From Bradymonadales bacterium (GTDB taxonomy: Bacteria; Bdellovibrionota; UBA2394), in assembly GCA_007693605.1 (NCBI GenBank), contig REDG01000024.1:13013-77012 (forward strand): DNA of 64,000 nt, written 5' to 3'. Under the pieces are notes generated by a model that saw only the letters and a program-made list of their open reading frames with translations, made no database searches and was not told where the DNA came from. A program made the translations under genes and the position numbers. Each line of letters starts with the position of its first letter. Within the stretch, counting starts at the first letter, position 1. Shown piece after piece: positions 31,148 through 39,590 of the stretch.

Positions 31148-31366
31148 CGAGAGGAAACCTTGGCCTCAAGTTTCGAAAAACAGTCGACTTTTATGCGGAG
31201 TAAAGTCTTCTCTTTCACCCAAGAACCCCGGCATAAGGGAAGTTTTTAGAGTGGCCTAGGCTTCAAGACACAATCCCTTGATAGCTTTGCCGCCAGGAGC
31301 CAATACATACTCCAGTAATCGCGCTTGCATCATCTGGGCAGGCTCTTCGGATTTTAAATTCTGGCT

Positions 31367-32347
31367 TCAAAGCGTTAATCGATCCGCTCTCTCTTGGAAC
31401 AAGCTCTCAAACTTCTTCTGCATCTCCTTAGATAGAAAACTTTGAGGGATCAAGTTCAACATGGGCTCAACATTTGAGCCCATCCTGGCGAAGGACTTCT
31501 CGATTACTTTTTCGGGCAGATCAAGATTCTCTCCTAGAGCAATAAAATCTTTTCTTGTGAGATTTGATTTCTTGCCGTTGAGAGGAAGCGCAGATTCCTC
31601 GTTATCTCTAGGCATTACTAGAGCTGTAGAGACCAGGTCATAGGCTGGGGCCAATGAAACAAAATCTTGTTCATCCGTCAAAAGTGAAAAGTTTTTTAAA
31701 TGCATGTCAGCGTTACCGATAAGAAAACACAGAAGGGCTAAGTCAAAAAAGGTCACGGCATCGACTCCAGGATTCGATGAATACTTTCTTATGATCTTTC
31801 CCACCTTCTCCATCGAACCCTGATACTTATCTTCGGTTAGAAATCCCATGAGCTGACAAAGATCTTCTACGGGAAGTTTCTTCTTTTTCTTCGGCCGATC
31901 AAAGCGCTTCGAAATGTAAGCAAGCTCTCCTGTCTTAAGTGGAACTAGGCCGTGCCGAGCTGTTTTGATTTTACAAATTTCGGAAAAATGCATGCAGAGA
32001 TCTTCGATCTCTGGAAGTTCAGGAAATTTTTCATGGGGCGGCTTAAGAATATAGTGACTATTCCATCCCACAATCGTTAGCCGCGTCGAGCCAGGCCCCT
32101 CTCGTTCCATGCCAAGAGAAAGCTTTCGCTGAACCCCTGTCACAACTAGTCTCTGGTTCACAACTTCCTTGGCAAAGTTCTGAATATCATCCATCCCGAC
32201 TTCCACCGTCGGAGGTGTTGAATGACCAGGAAATAACTTACGCGCGCATGTTGGATGATAATCTATATCACCGGAGCCGAGCGCCTCGTAACAAAAGTAA
32301 CATCGATTCTTTGGCACAGTTCTCGTTTTAACCGATTTCCTTTTCAT
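31367..32347 (-). CDS. hipT: HipT-like Ser/Thr kinase toxin (HipA C-terminal kinase core)
   Basis: HipA kinase motifs (...LIGNADMHLKNFSLL). ATG start overlaps the hipS stop as ATGA. The N-terminal CYFCYEAL...YHPTCARKLF segment is typical of HipT. Confidence 0.75.
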   Translation of the reverse strand: MKRKSVKTRTVPKNRCYFCYEALGSGDIDYHPTCARKLFPGHSTPPTVEVGMDDIQNFAKEVVNQRLVVTGVQRKLSLGMEREGPGSTRLTIVGWNSHYILKPPHEKFPELPEIEDLCMHFSEICKIKTARHGLVPLKTGELAYISKRFDRPKKKKKLPVEDLCQLMGFLTEDKYQGSMEKVGKIIRKYSSNPGVDAVTFFDLALLCFLIGNADMHLKNFSLLTDEQDFVSLAPAYDLVSTALVMPRDNEESALPLNGKKSNLTRKDFIALGENLDLPEKVIEKSFARMGSNVEPMLNLIPQSFLSKEMQKKFESLFQERADRLTL

Positions 32348-32667
32348 TCCTTGATCTCTTCGATATGAACAGCACCAATACAATCCCCGCAAACAGCAAG
32401 TAGTAAGCCCATGCGATCTCGTGGATTTAATTTCCAGTTATCAATCGCGACATCCAAGAGCCAGCCCTCTGGAATCAGGCCGTCAAAGAATGGAAAGAGA
32501 GTCTTGCTCCGATAGCTCTCATTTCGAAGAGGCATCGTTAAGCTGATCGGCTTTGAAGCTTCGTCCTTAAGATAAGGTTCATCGTATGAAAAAATATAGC
32601 CTTCATCGTTTTGCTCAATGATTCCAGCCAACAGATTATCAAAATAAACTTTGCCCTTTCGGTTCAT
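32344..32667 (-). CDS. hipS: HipS-like protein (stand-alone HipA N-terminal domain; antitoxin in HipBST systems)
   Basis: 107 aa resembling the HipA N-subdomain (KVYFDNLLAGII...YIFSYDE...PISLTMPL). ATGA overlap with hipB upstream and hipT downstream. Confidence 0.7.
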   Translation of the reverse strand: MNRKGKVYFDNLLAGIIEQNDEGYIFSYDEPYLKDEASKPISLTMPLRNESYRSKTLFPFFDGLIPEGWLLDVAIDNWKLNPRDRMGLLLAVCGDCIGAVHIEEIKE

Positions 32668-32870
32668 GCTTCTTCTCTCCTCGTCGGGACAACTCCTACT
32701 TCGTGAGCAAAAACAGCAAGAACCTGATTCACTTTATCCAAACGAAGCGTCTCCTTTCCTTGTTCCAAATCTCGAATAAATCGGAGACCCACACCCGAAC
32801 GATCCGCTAAATCTCGTTGGGTGAGCTGAAGTTGCCTTCTTCTTTTCTTTATGAAGACCGAAATATTCAC
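32664..32870 (-). CDS. hipB: HipB-like XRE-family HTH transcriptional regulator
   Basis: 68 aa with QLTQRDLADRSGVGLRFIRDLEQGK HTH. GTG start. First gene of the three-gene operon. Confidence 0.75.
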   Translation of the reverse strand: MNISVFIKKRRRQLQLTQRDLADRSGVGLRFIRDLEQGKETLRLDKVNQVLAVFAHEVGVVPTRREEA

Positions 32871-32881
32871 AGGTCTAAGTA

Positions 32882-32980
32882 TATACCCGATTGGGTATAA
32901 TAAAAGCCATTTATGATTATTTTATACCTCTTCGGGTATATTTTTCTTATATTAAATGCGCATATACCCGATCAGGTATA
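32882..32980. promoter_or_regulatory. three palindromic operator-like sites TATACC-N6-GGTATA in the hipBST promoter region
   Basis: The sites are tatacccgattgggtata (32882-32899), tatacctcttcgggtata (32923-32940) and tatacccgatcaggtata (32963-32980). Centres are about 40 bp apart, beginning 12 bp upstream of the hipB start. Confidence 0.6.
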
Positions 32981-33215
32981 GATATGGTCGGAATCAATAA
33001 AAACTAATATCACGGTGACTCTGCATTCCACATACTTTTGACCTTCTGGTCTCGTTCGAGGTCCCTCCACATCGGGCGTCAAAATAGCATCGACCAATTG
33101 ATCCTATTCACCAATTATCTATAAAGTATAGTAATTTCAATTGTTTACACTGTGTTTGTTGAATAGAATCAGTCAATTGATTTTATTCGCACAAGATGAG
33201 ATTCTGATGCTGTAG

Positions 33216-34655
33216 ATGCGGCAAATCCCAAAAGAAAAGATACATCAGAAGATCAAGGCTCTGAATTCCCATTGGGAAAAGGGAACCATCGATTCTGAGA
33301 CAAAGGCCCTAAGGAAAAGGCCTTACTTCAGTCTGTTTTTCCCTCTAACCACTCAATTCGAAGTAAATAGAGCATTGATTCTATTAGGACCGCGTCGGGT
33401 AGGGAAAACTGTCCTCCTTCATCAGGTAATCCAAGAGTTCATTGATTCCGATAAAGACCCCAAGGAACTGATTTATCTTCCGCTAGATGAGCCTCTTTTT
33501 TACTCGCACTCACTCGAAGATCACTTAACTCTTTATCAGGAAGCCATCGGTGCCTCTGACTTGAAAAATCGAGTGATTATATTTGATGAGATCCAGTACA
33601 TGAAGGACTGGGATGTTCAACTCAAGATATTGGTGGACCGCTTCAAGGGTACAAAGTTTATCGCCTCAGGTTCGGCGGCGGGTGCATTGCGAAGGCGAAG
33701 TAAAGAATCTGGCGCAGGGAGATTTAGTGACTTCCTTCTGCCTCCACTCACTTTTTACGAGTACCTGGATCTTCTGAATTTAATAAATGATTTGTTCGAA
33801 TCCGCTGAAGGACAGCCAAATCGCATTAAGGATATTTTAAAACTCAATGACGAGTTTATTAACTACCTTAACTACGGAGGTTTTCCAGAGGCCATTTTCA
33901 GCCCGAGCGTTCGACAAAACCCAGATCGATTTTTGAAGCAGGACATTATCGACAAGGTGTTGCTGAGGGACTTGCCCTCGCTATACGGAATAGAAGACAT
34001 TCAAGAACTCAACAGATTGTTTCACTATTTAACTTATCAGACTGGCGGCGAAATCAGCTTAAAAGAAATTTCAAAAAACTCTGGAGTCGCGAACAATACA
34101 ATCAAGAGATACCGAGAATATTTGGAGGCCGCGTTCTTGATTCGCCCGGTCCATCGAGTTGATGGATCTGGAAAAACCTTTAAGCGGATGAATTTCTTTA
34201 AAGTCTACCTTACCAATCCGTCTATGTATGCGGCCCTTTACGGTTTGATATCGAGAGATGATAGTCAGCTTTTAGGCTCGCTTGTCGAGACTGCCATTTT
34301 TAGTCAGTGGATGCACAACCCTGAATGGTTGGACAGTCTATATTACGGGCGGTTTCGCAATGGGGAGCTTGACCTCCTTCATTTGAATAAAGATTTTTCA
34401 ATTCCATGGGCTCTTGAAGTAAAATGGAGCGACCGCTATAAGGATAATATAAACGAATTAAAGAAACACTTAGACTTCTGCAGGCAAAATGAAACAAGTC
34501 ATTTAATTGTGACGAGCAAAACCAACTCGTTAGAGACTAAGATTGATAAGTCACTTCGATTGAGTATCATTCCAGCCGCTCAGATTTGTTTCTTTATTGG
34601 ATACAACCTAATCCATGGAAGAGGATTGGAGCCTGCAAAACATGTCGCAAGCTAA
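33216..34655 (+). CDS. AAA-superfamily ATPase, AAA_14/DUF4143 type (second copy)
   Basis: Walker A LLGPRRVGKTVLL and Walker B VIIFDEIQ motifs. Same architecture as 29213-30367. Confidence 0.75.
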   Translation: MRQIPKEKIHQKIKALNSHWEKGTIDSETKALRKRPYFSLFFPLTTQFEVNRALILLGPRRVGKTVLLHQVIQEFIDSDKDPKELIYLPLDEPLFYSHSLEDHLTLYQEAIGASDLKNRVIIFDEIQYMKDWDVQLKILVDRFKGTKFIASGSAAGALRRRSKESGAGRFSDFLLPPLTFYEYLDLLNLINDLFESAEGQPNRIKDILKLNDEFINYLNYGGFPEAIFSPSVRQNPDRFLKQDIIDKVLLRDLPSLYGIEDIQELNRLFHYLTYQTGGEISLKEISKNSGVANNTIKRYREYLEAAFLIRPVHRVDGSGKTFKRMNFFKVYLTNPSMYAALYGLISRDDSQLLGSLVETAIFSQWMHNPEWLDSLYYGRFRNGELDLLHLNKDFSIPWALEVKWSDRYKDNINELKKHLDFCRQNETSHLIVTSKTNSLETKIDKSLRLSIIPAAQICFFIGYNLIHGRGLEPAKHVAS

Positions 34656-34659
34656 GATA

Positions 34660-34683
34660 TGCCCAGGGGCGGAATCGAACCAC
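34660..34683 (-). repeat. 24-nt duplicate of the tRNA-Phe 3' end (T-arm plus acceptor), att-like direct repeat
   Basis: tgcccaggggcggaatcgaaccac is identical to 34875-34898 within tRNA-Phe. The flanking sequence cannot form a cloverleaf. Confidence 0.7.
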
Positions 34684-34834
34684 ACTGATTATCCTGCTGC
34701 GCTACCGCGCAGCTAAATCTAGGGATAGCTGAAAGCTCCCGCCTCGCTGGCGCTCGGACTTTGTGGGGTCGCTTTCAGACACTCAGATTTTCTACTGAAA
34801 ATCTCGGCCGATGCTTCCATCTCCGCACATAAAT

Positions 34835-34874
34835 AAATTGAAGGGCTCACCCTTTCAGGATGAACCCTTCAATT
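34835..34874 (-). terminator. hairpin with T-rich tail immediately 3' of tRNA-Phe
   Basis: AATTGAAGGG...CCCTTCAATT stem read on the minus strand, followed by TATTTAT. Confidence 0.35.
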
Positions 34875-34947
<73 letters not shown>

Positions 34948-34950
34948 GTC

Positions 34951-35142
34951 TTACAATTTTAAACCCGACCTCTCAGCCAGTCGGTAGAGCAACTCTGCTC
35001 TCTTCCGCGCACCTCCGGTGCGACCCGACTGAGCTACCTGGGCGTCCTGCAATTTTAAACCCGACCTCTCAGCCGTCGGTAGAGCAACTCTGCTCTCTTC
35101 CGCGCACCTCCGGTGCGACCTGACTGAGCTACCTGGGCGTCC
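34951..35142 (-). repeat. two tandem ~97-bp direct repeats immediately upstream of tRNA-Phe, each ending in a copy of the first 20 nt of the tRNA
   Basis: The units 34951-35047 and 35048-35142 are nearly identical. Each carries gactgagctacctgggcgtc (the tRNA-Phe 5' acceptor strand and D-stem) plus three short hairpins. Confidence 0.7.
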
Positions 35143-35321
35143 TCAAAAGCTATCCCTGATTTCTCAGAGGAAGCAGCACCCCGAAGCTCTTGAACCCTCG
35201 AGATTGACGCTCCCCACCGCAAACCGATTGGGATACTTAGCCATGTTGTTACGCATAATAGACTCTTTGTCACCGCGATTTTTCATCGTCTTATGACTCC
35301 TCCAGCTGCATAATATTAGGG

Positions 35322-37748
35322 GTGGAGGTTTTTCCTGACATTGAATCTTTTGGCCCCTACCGGCTTCTCGCGAAGGTCGGAGAAGGAGGAATGGCCGAGG
35401 TCTACCTCGCCCTAAGCACCCAAAAGGAGCTTGAGGGGCAGTTTTTGGCCATTAAAAAGCTCCATCAGAAACTCAACGAAAACAGAGCCTTCGTCAATCT
35501 CCTCATTCACGAGGCCAAAATTGGTGTCCTTCTAAACCACCCCGGCATTGTCAGTGTTCATGACCTCGGAAGCCATCGATCTGAGTTCTTTATCGCCATG
35601 GAGTACATTCACGGAAAAAGCCTCGATCATTTGATCCGCCTCATTCAAGACGGCAAGGCCGCTCGCCTCGATCCCGAACTGTCGACCTACCTCTGCCTTG
35701 AAGTGCTCCGAGCTCTGGCCTTTGCCCACTCCCTGAAAGATGTGAAAGGCAGAGATCTCCACATCATCCACCGAGATGTGAGTCCTGGTAATATCCTTTT
35801 GGAATACAAAGGAGGGGTAAAGCTGGGTGACTTCGGAATCGCCACCGCTGAGAGTCGGCTTCAACCCGAGTTTACTCGATCGGCTATGGGCAAACTCAGT
35901 TATATGGCGCCCGAACAGGCCATCAACGACCCCGTCGTACAAGCTAGCGATGTTTACAGCCTCGGCGTCATCTACTACCAACTTCTTACCGGCCAAGCCC
36001 CCTTCAAGTCAGATAACGCCAGCACTCTGTATCGACGCATTATCGAAGGAAAAGTTCTCGACCCTCAACTCCTCTCGCCCAATCTCGATTCAGATCTTTG
36101 TGCCATTCTTCTCAAATCTCTTGAGAGAAGCCCTCGAAAGAGATGGCGAACGGCCATCGACTTCTTCAATGCGCTTCATCAACATTTTCTGGATAAACAC
36201 CAAATCGATTTTCATACTCGCAGTGTCCGCGCCTACTATCGAAAAAAATTGTCTGAGTTTCTCCGGCCCGTCTTTCAAGAAGATATTGAAATCGAACTCG
36301 ACATCATTCAAAGAGCCCTGCGGGAGCCCATCGTCGAAGAGGATCTAAAATCTACTGCTCCTCAGGAGATTCCTAAAGAGCTTTTGCAAGAGGGAGACTT
36401 TCCCGAGGACGACAAGACAGTCTTTGAGGCCGACTTCACCGAAGAGGTCACGCGACACTACCCATTGACGGAAGATGAGCGACAGTCGATAAAGGAGGGC
36501 CGCCCCGCCAGCGAAGCGCTTCAGTCCCCTGAAAGCTCAGATCGAATCTCCGGCTATCAGCTTGCCACCATTCCGAGCTACGACTTGAATATCGTCGAAT
36601 CGAAGACCCAAAACCGAAAGGTGAGTGAAAAGCTGGAACATACCTCACTCAAAAAAGATGAGCTTGAGACCCTAAAGCAGCAACTTCCCGCCCTTGAGAT
36701 TACCAACGAAGACGACCTTGAAGCTTTTGAAAAATCAACTTTTTCGGGGCATGAGATTGATTTGGATATCGGAGAGAGCTCTTCAAAGAAGGCGGCTCCG
36801 CTGATTGAAGAAACCGAAGCCTTTCAAGAAGATTGGAAAACAGAAGTTTCGACTGAACACCCATTGAATCCTTCACAGCTCAAGTCAGTCGTTTGGAAGA
36901 CGAAGCTGTTGGGATGGCTTGGCTACCAAAGACCGCACGGCTTTCCCCTCTTGGTACTGGCCGTTCTGGCTCTGATTTTCGGCCTTCAAAGCCTCTGGAA
37001 CTTTCAGTCAAGCGCTCGCATCGGAGCACTTGGCCCGGGTCAACAAGTCTCTCTGATATTCACGGGGGAAGGCACTCTCGAAAGTCAAAACGCATTTTTT
37101 GAAAGACTTCAGGATCCAAGCAATCCTCATTCCGTTCAAAGGATTTCTGAGTTTTTCCGAAGGGAGTACGAAAGATACACGGGCAAAGATGAAAGCGTTC
37201 TGTCGATTGTATCGCACGAACCCGCTCCCATATCTGCACCGATTAGCGGGCAGGCCAATGCCCACGACCTCATTCGCAGCCCTCAGGTCTTTGATTTTCT
37301 CAGGCAATCGGGGATCAAAGAAAAACGGGCCTCCGATGTAAGTGTTTTTGTGTACCTGTTTCCGGCCGGTCGAGGGGGAATTCACCTTTTGAATCAAGCC
37401 CCCGGGCCCAGGCTCAAACGAAAAGCCTTTGCATTAAACTCAATGAACCCCCGCGACTCATTTTATAACCTGCTGCAAATTGCGAGAGAAATCGCGATTC
37501 TCTACGGAGCACAGAACCGCCACAATCCTCTCACCGGCAACAGCATCCTACCGGACGGCTTAGGTGACCCTCGTCGGGAGCCTCTCTTTCCGCAAACTCA
37601 AGCGGATCTCATGGGTCTGAAAATTATGAAGTCTGAAAGGGATTCCCAACTTCCGAAAGACTGGTCTGAGGTCGTCATCAACCCCTTCACAGCTCACGAG
37701 ATCGGTTGGATCACAAAAGAAGAACTCGAACAAATTCTTGAGAACTAA
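35322..37748 (+). CDS. Hanks-type Ser/Thr protein kinase with a long C-terminal extension (808 aa)
   Basis: Motifs are the Gly-loop GEGGMAEVY, the catalytic-loop IHRDVSPGNILL, then DFGIA and SYMAPE. A predicted transmembrane segment (FPLLVLAVLALIFGL) follows the linker, then a C-terminal domain. Confidence 0.85.
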   Translation: MEVFPDIESFGPYRLLAKVGEGGMAEVYLALSTQKELEGQFLAIKKLHQKLNENRAFVNLLIHEAKIGVLLNHPGIVSVHDLGSHRSEFFIAMEYIHGKSLDHLIRLIQDGKAARLDPELSTYLCLEVLRALAFAHSLKDVKGRDLHIIHRDVSPGNILLEYKGGVKLGDFGIATAESRLQPEFTRSAMGKLSYMAPEQAINDPVVQASDVYSLGVIYYQLLTGQAPFKSDNASTLYRRIIEGKVLDPQLLSPNLDSDLCAILLKSLERSPRKRWRTAIDFFNALHQHFLDKHQIDFHTRSVRAYYRKKLSEFLRPVFQEDIEIELDIIQRALREPIVEEDLKSTAPQEIPKELLQEGDFPEDDKTVFEADFTEEVTRHYPLTEDERQSIKEGRPASEALQSPESSDRISGYQLATIPSYDLNIVESKTQNRKVSEKLEHTSLKKDELETLKQQLPALEITNEDDLEAFEKSTFSGHEIDLDIGESSSKKAAPLIEETEAFQEDWKTEVSTEHPLNPSQLKSVVWKTKLLGWLGYQRPHGFPLLVLAVLALIFGLQSLWNFQSSARIGALGPGQQVSLIFTGEGTLESQNAFFERLQDPSNPHSVQRISEFFRREYERYTGKDESVLSIVSHEPAPISAPISGQANAHDLIRSPQVFDFLRQSGIKEKRASDVSVFVYLFPAGRGGIHLLNQAPGPRLKRKAFALNSMNPRDSFYNLLQIAREIAILYGAQNRHNPLTGNSILPDGLGDPRREPLFPQTQADLMGLKIMKSERDSQLPKDWSEVVINPFTAHEIGWITKEELEQILEN

Positions 37749-39532
37749 ACGACTGTCTCTCTGGGCGCTTCGACCCATCGACCATGATCTTTGATCAGTT
37801 GCACTAATCTTTCTGGAGCCTCTTTAGACGGAATGTTCTTTTGAACACAGTCTTTGCCTACATAAAGGTTAACCCGACCCGGTGCTCCGCCCACATAGCC
37901 AAAATCTGCATCGGCCATTTCGCCAGGACCGTTTACGATACAGCCCATGATCGCAATCTTGACACCCTTCAAGTGGTCGGTTCGCTCTCGAATTCTAGCC
38001 GTTGTCTCTTCAAGATCGAACAAAGTCCTTCCACATGACGGACAGGCAATATACTCCGTCTTCGACATGCGTCGCCGAGTGGCCTGCAGAATCGCATAGT
38101 TAATTCTTAGAGAGGAATTGAGACTGAGCCCCTGAATCATCAAACCGGAAAGGGGGAGATCAATGAAGGCCGAGCCCGCCTGAACGCACAAGTCTGAGAG
38201 TTCCGAAAGTTTCTCGGATGAAAGCTGATATGAAAAAACGAGCGACTCTGGCCTTAAGTCCTCCACTCCCTTCAAATGCTCTAAAGAGCTCACGCACTGC
38301 TTCACTCGCTCATCACGAATCTCTCTCTCATCAAGCTCCTTTGGGTCTGCCAGCCAGTAGGCTACCAGAGGCTCAAAGGCTTGCAGCTCAGCTCTCAAAC
38401 GATAGGGCAGGGCCAGCTTTAAAGAGTCGTTTTTAAGAAAGATCTTCCATGCCTCAAAATCTGATTCTAAGCGCTGAGAGACCGGCGAATCGAAAAAAAT
38501 CACATCCGGCGGTTCGACCGTCGTAGACAACTTCTCCGCTTGAGAAAAGTCGAAGTCTTGCTCTCGAATCCAAACTTCTGGAACAACAGAATTTGCGCCG
38601 CCCTGATCCACAAAGTCAAATCCTGCAGGATACGGCAGTACAGACTTGTTGAAGCGTTCAGCCAACTCTCTGGCAACCGGAATCTCACGAACGGGATGCT
38701 CTGTCAGCGAAACCCGAATGGTATCTCCAATGCCCTCAGCCAAAAGAGTGCCAATCCCGATGGCTGATTTAATGCGCGCATCTTCACCGTCTCCCGCCTC
38801 TGTCACGCCCAAGTGAATCGGATAATCCCAAGCTCTCTCCATCTGTCTTTCAACAAGCAGCCGATAGGCCTGCATCATCACCGAAACATTGCTCGCTTTC
38901 ATGGAGAAACAAAAATTATGAAAATCATACAATCGACAAATTTCAGCGTATTCAAAAGCGCTTTGAATCATCCCCTCGGGAGTGTCTCCAAAGCGATTCA
39001 TAATTCGATCCGAAAGGCTGCCATGATTCGTTCCAATTCGAAGGGCCGCCCCCCTCTCTTTCAACTTCATCACCAAGGGCTTGAAGCTATCATGAATGCG
39101 ATCAAGCTCTCGCTGATAGTCCGAATCACTGTACTCCATTACTTTGAATAGTTTCCGGTCAGCAAAGTTGCCGGGATTGATTCTCACCTTCTCAACCCAA
39201 TCCACCGCAATCATAGCCGCTTTAGGCATGAAGTGAATGTCCGCCACGAGAGGAACGGAAACGCCCCTTCGGTCTAAAGTCTTCCGAATTTCTTGTAGGG
39301 CTTGAGCATCTCGTGGGGTGGGTGCCGTAATCCTCACAATGTCACAACCCACCTCAACCAGCTCGATCACTTGCTTGACGGTCGCCTCCACATCACAAGT
39401 ATCCGTCGTGGTCATCGACTGCACCAAAATCGGCGCGTCGCCCCCAATCACCCGATTTCCGATTTGAATCTCTCGGGTCTTAAATCGCCTGAAATTTGGG
39501 CTAGAATTGATGATTTCCTTAGGAATTGGCAT
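37745..39532 (-). CDS. ispG: 4-hydroxy-3-methylbut-2-enyl diphosphate synthase, long (insert-containing) form
   Basis: N-terminal TIM-barrel motifs (VQSMTTTDT, VRITAP) and C-terminal CPSCGRT...GC..NGPGE 4Fe-4S motifs, separated by a ~250-aa insert. Confidence 0.9.
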   Translation of the reverse strand: MPIPKEIINSSPNFRRFKTREIQIGNRVIGGDAPILVQSMTTTDTCDVEATVKQVIELVEVGCDIVRITAPTPRDAQALQEIRKTLDRRGVSVPLVADIHFMPKAAMIAVDWVEKVRINPGNFADRKLFKVMEYSDSDYQRELDRIHDSFKPLVMKLKERGAALRIGTNHGSLSDRIMNRFGDTPEGMIQSAFEYAEICRLYDFHNFCFSMKASNVSVMMQAYRLLVERQMERAWDYPIHLGVTEAGDGEDARIKSAIGIGTLLAEGIGDTIRVSLTEHPVREIPVARELAERFNKSVLPYPAGFDFVDQGGANSVVPEVWIREQDFDFSQAEKLSTTVEPPDVIFFDSPVSQRLESDFEAWKIFLKNDSLKLALPYRLRAELQAFEPLVAYWLADPKELDEREIRDERVKQCVSSLEHLKGVEDLRPESLVFSYQLSSEKLSELSDLCVQAGSAFIDLPLSGLMIQGLSLNSSLRINYAILQATRRRMSKTEYIACPSCGRTLFDLEETTARIRERTDHLKGVKIAIMGCIVNGPGEMADADFGYVGGAPGRVNLYVGKDCVQKNIPSKEAPERLVQLIKDHGRWVEAPRETVV

Positions 39533-39590
39533 CTGCGATACTGAACTAACATAGATTTGAAAATACTTTGAGAGGAGATTTCTCAGAAAT

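Noticed and set aside
34660-34760. Possible second tRNA gene downstream of tRNA-Phe
   Set aside because: Only the T-arm and acceptor 3' strand (24 nt) are present. No matching 5' acceptor strand, D-arm or anticodon arm can be formed, so it is an att-like fragment, not a tRNA.
34951-35142. Repeat units as two additional tRNA genes
   Set aside because: Each begins with the tRNA-Phe acceptor/D-stem but lacks a D-stem 3' partner, a 7-nt anticodon loop and a T-arm. No cloverleaf is possible on either strand.
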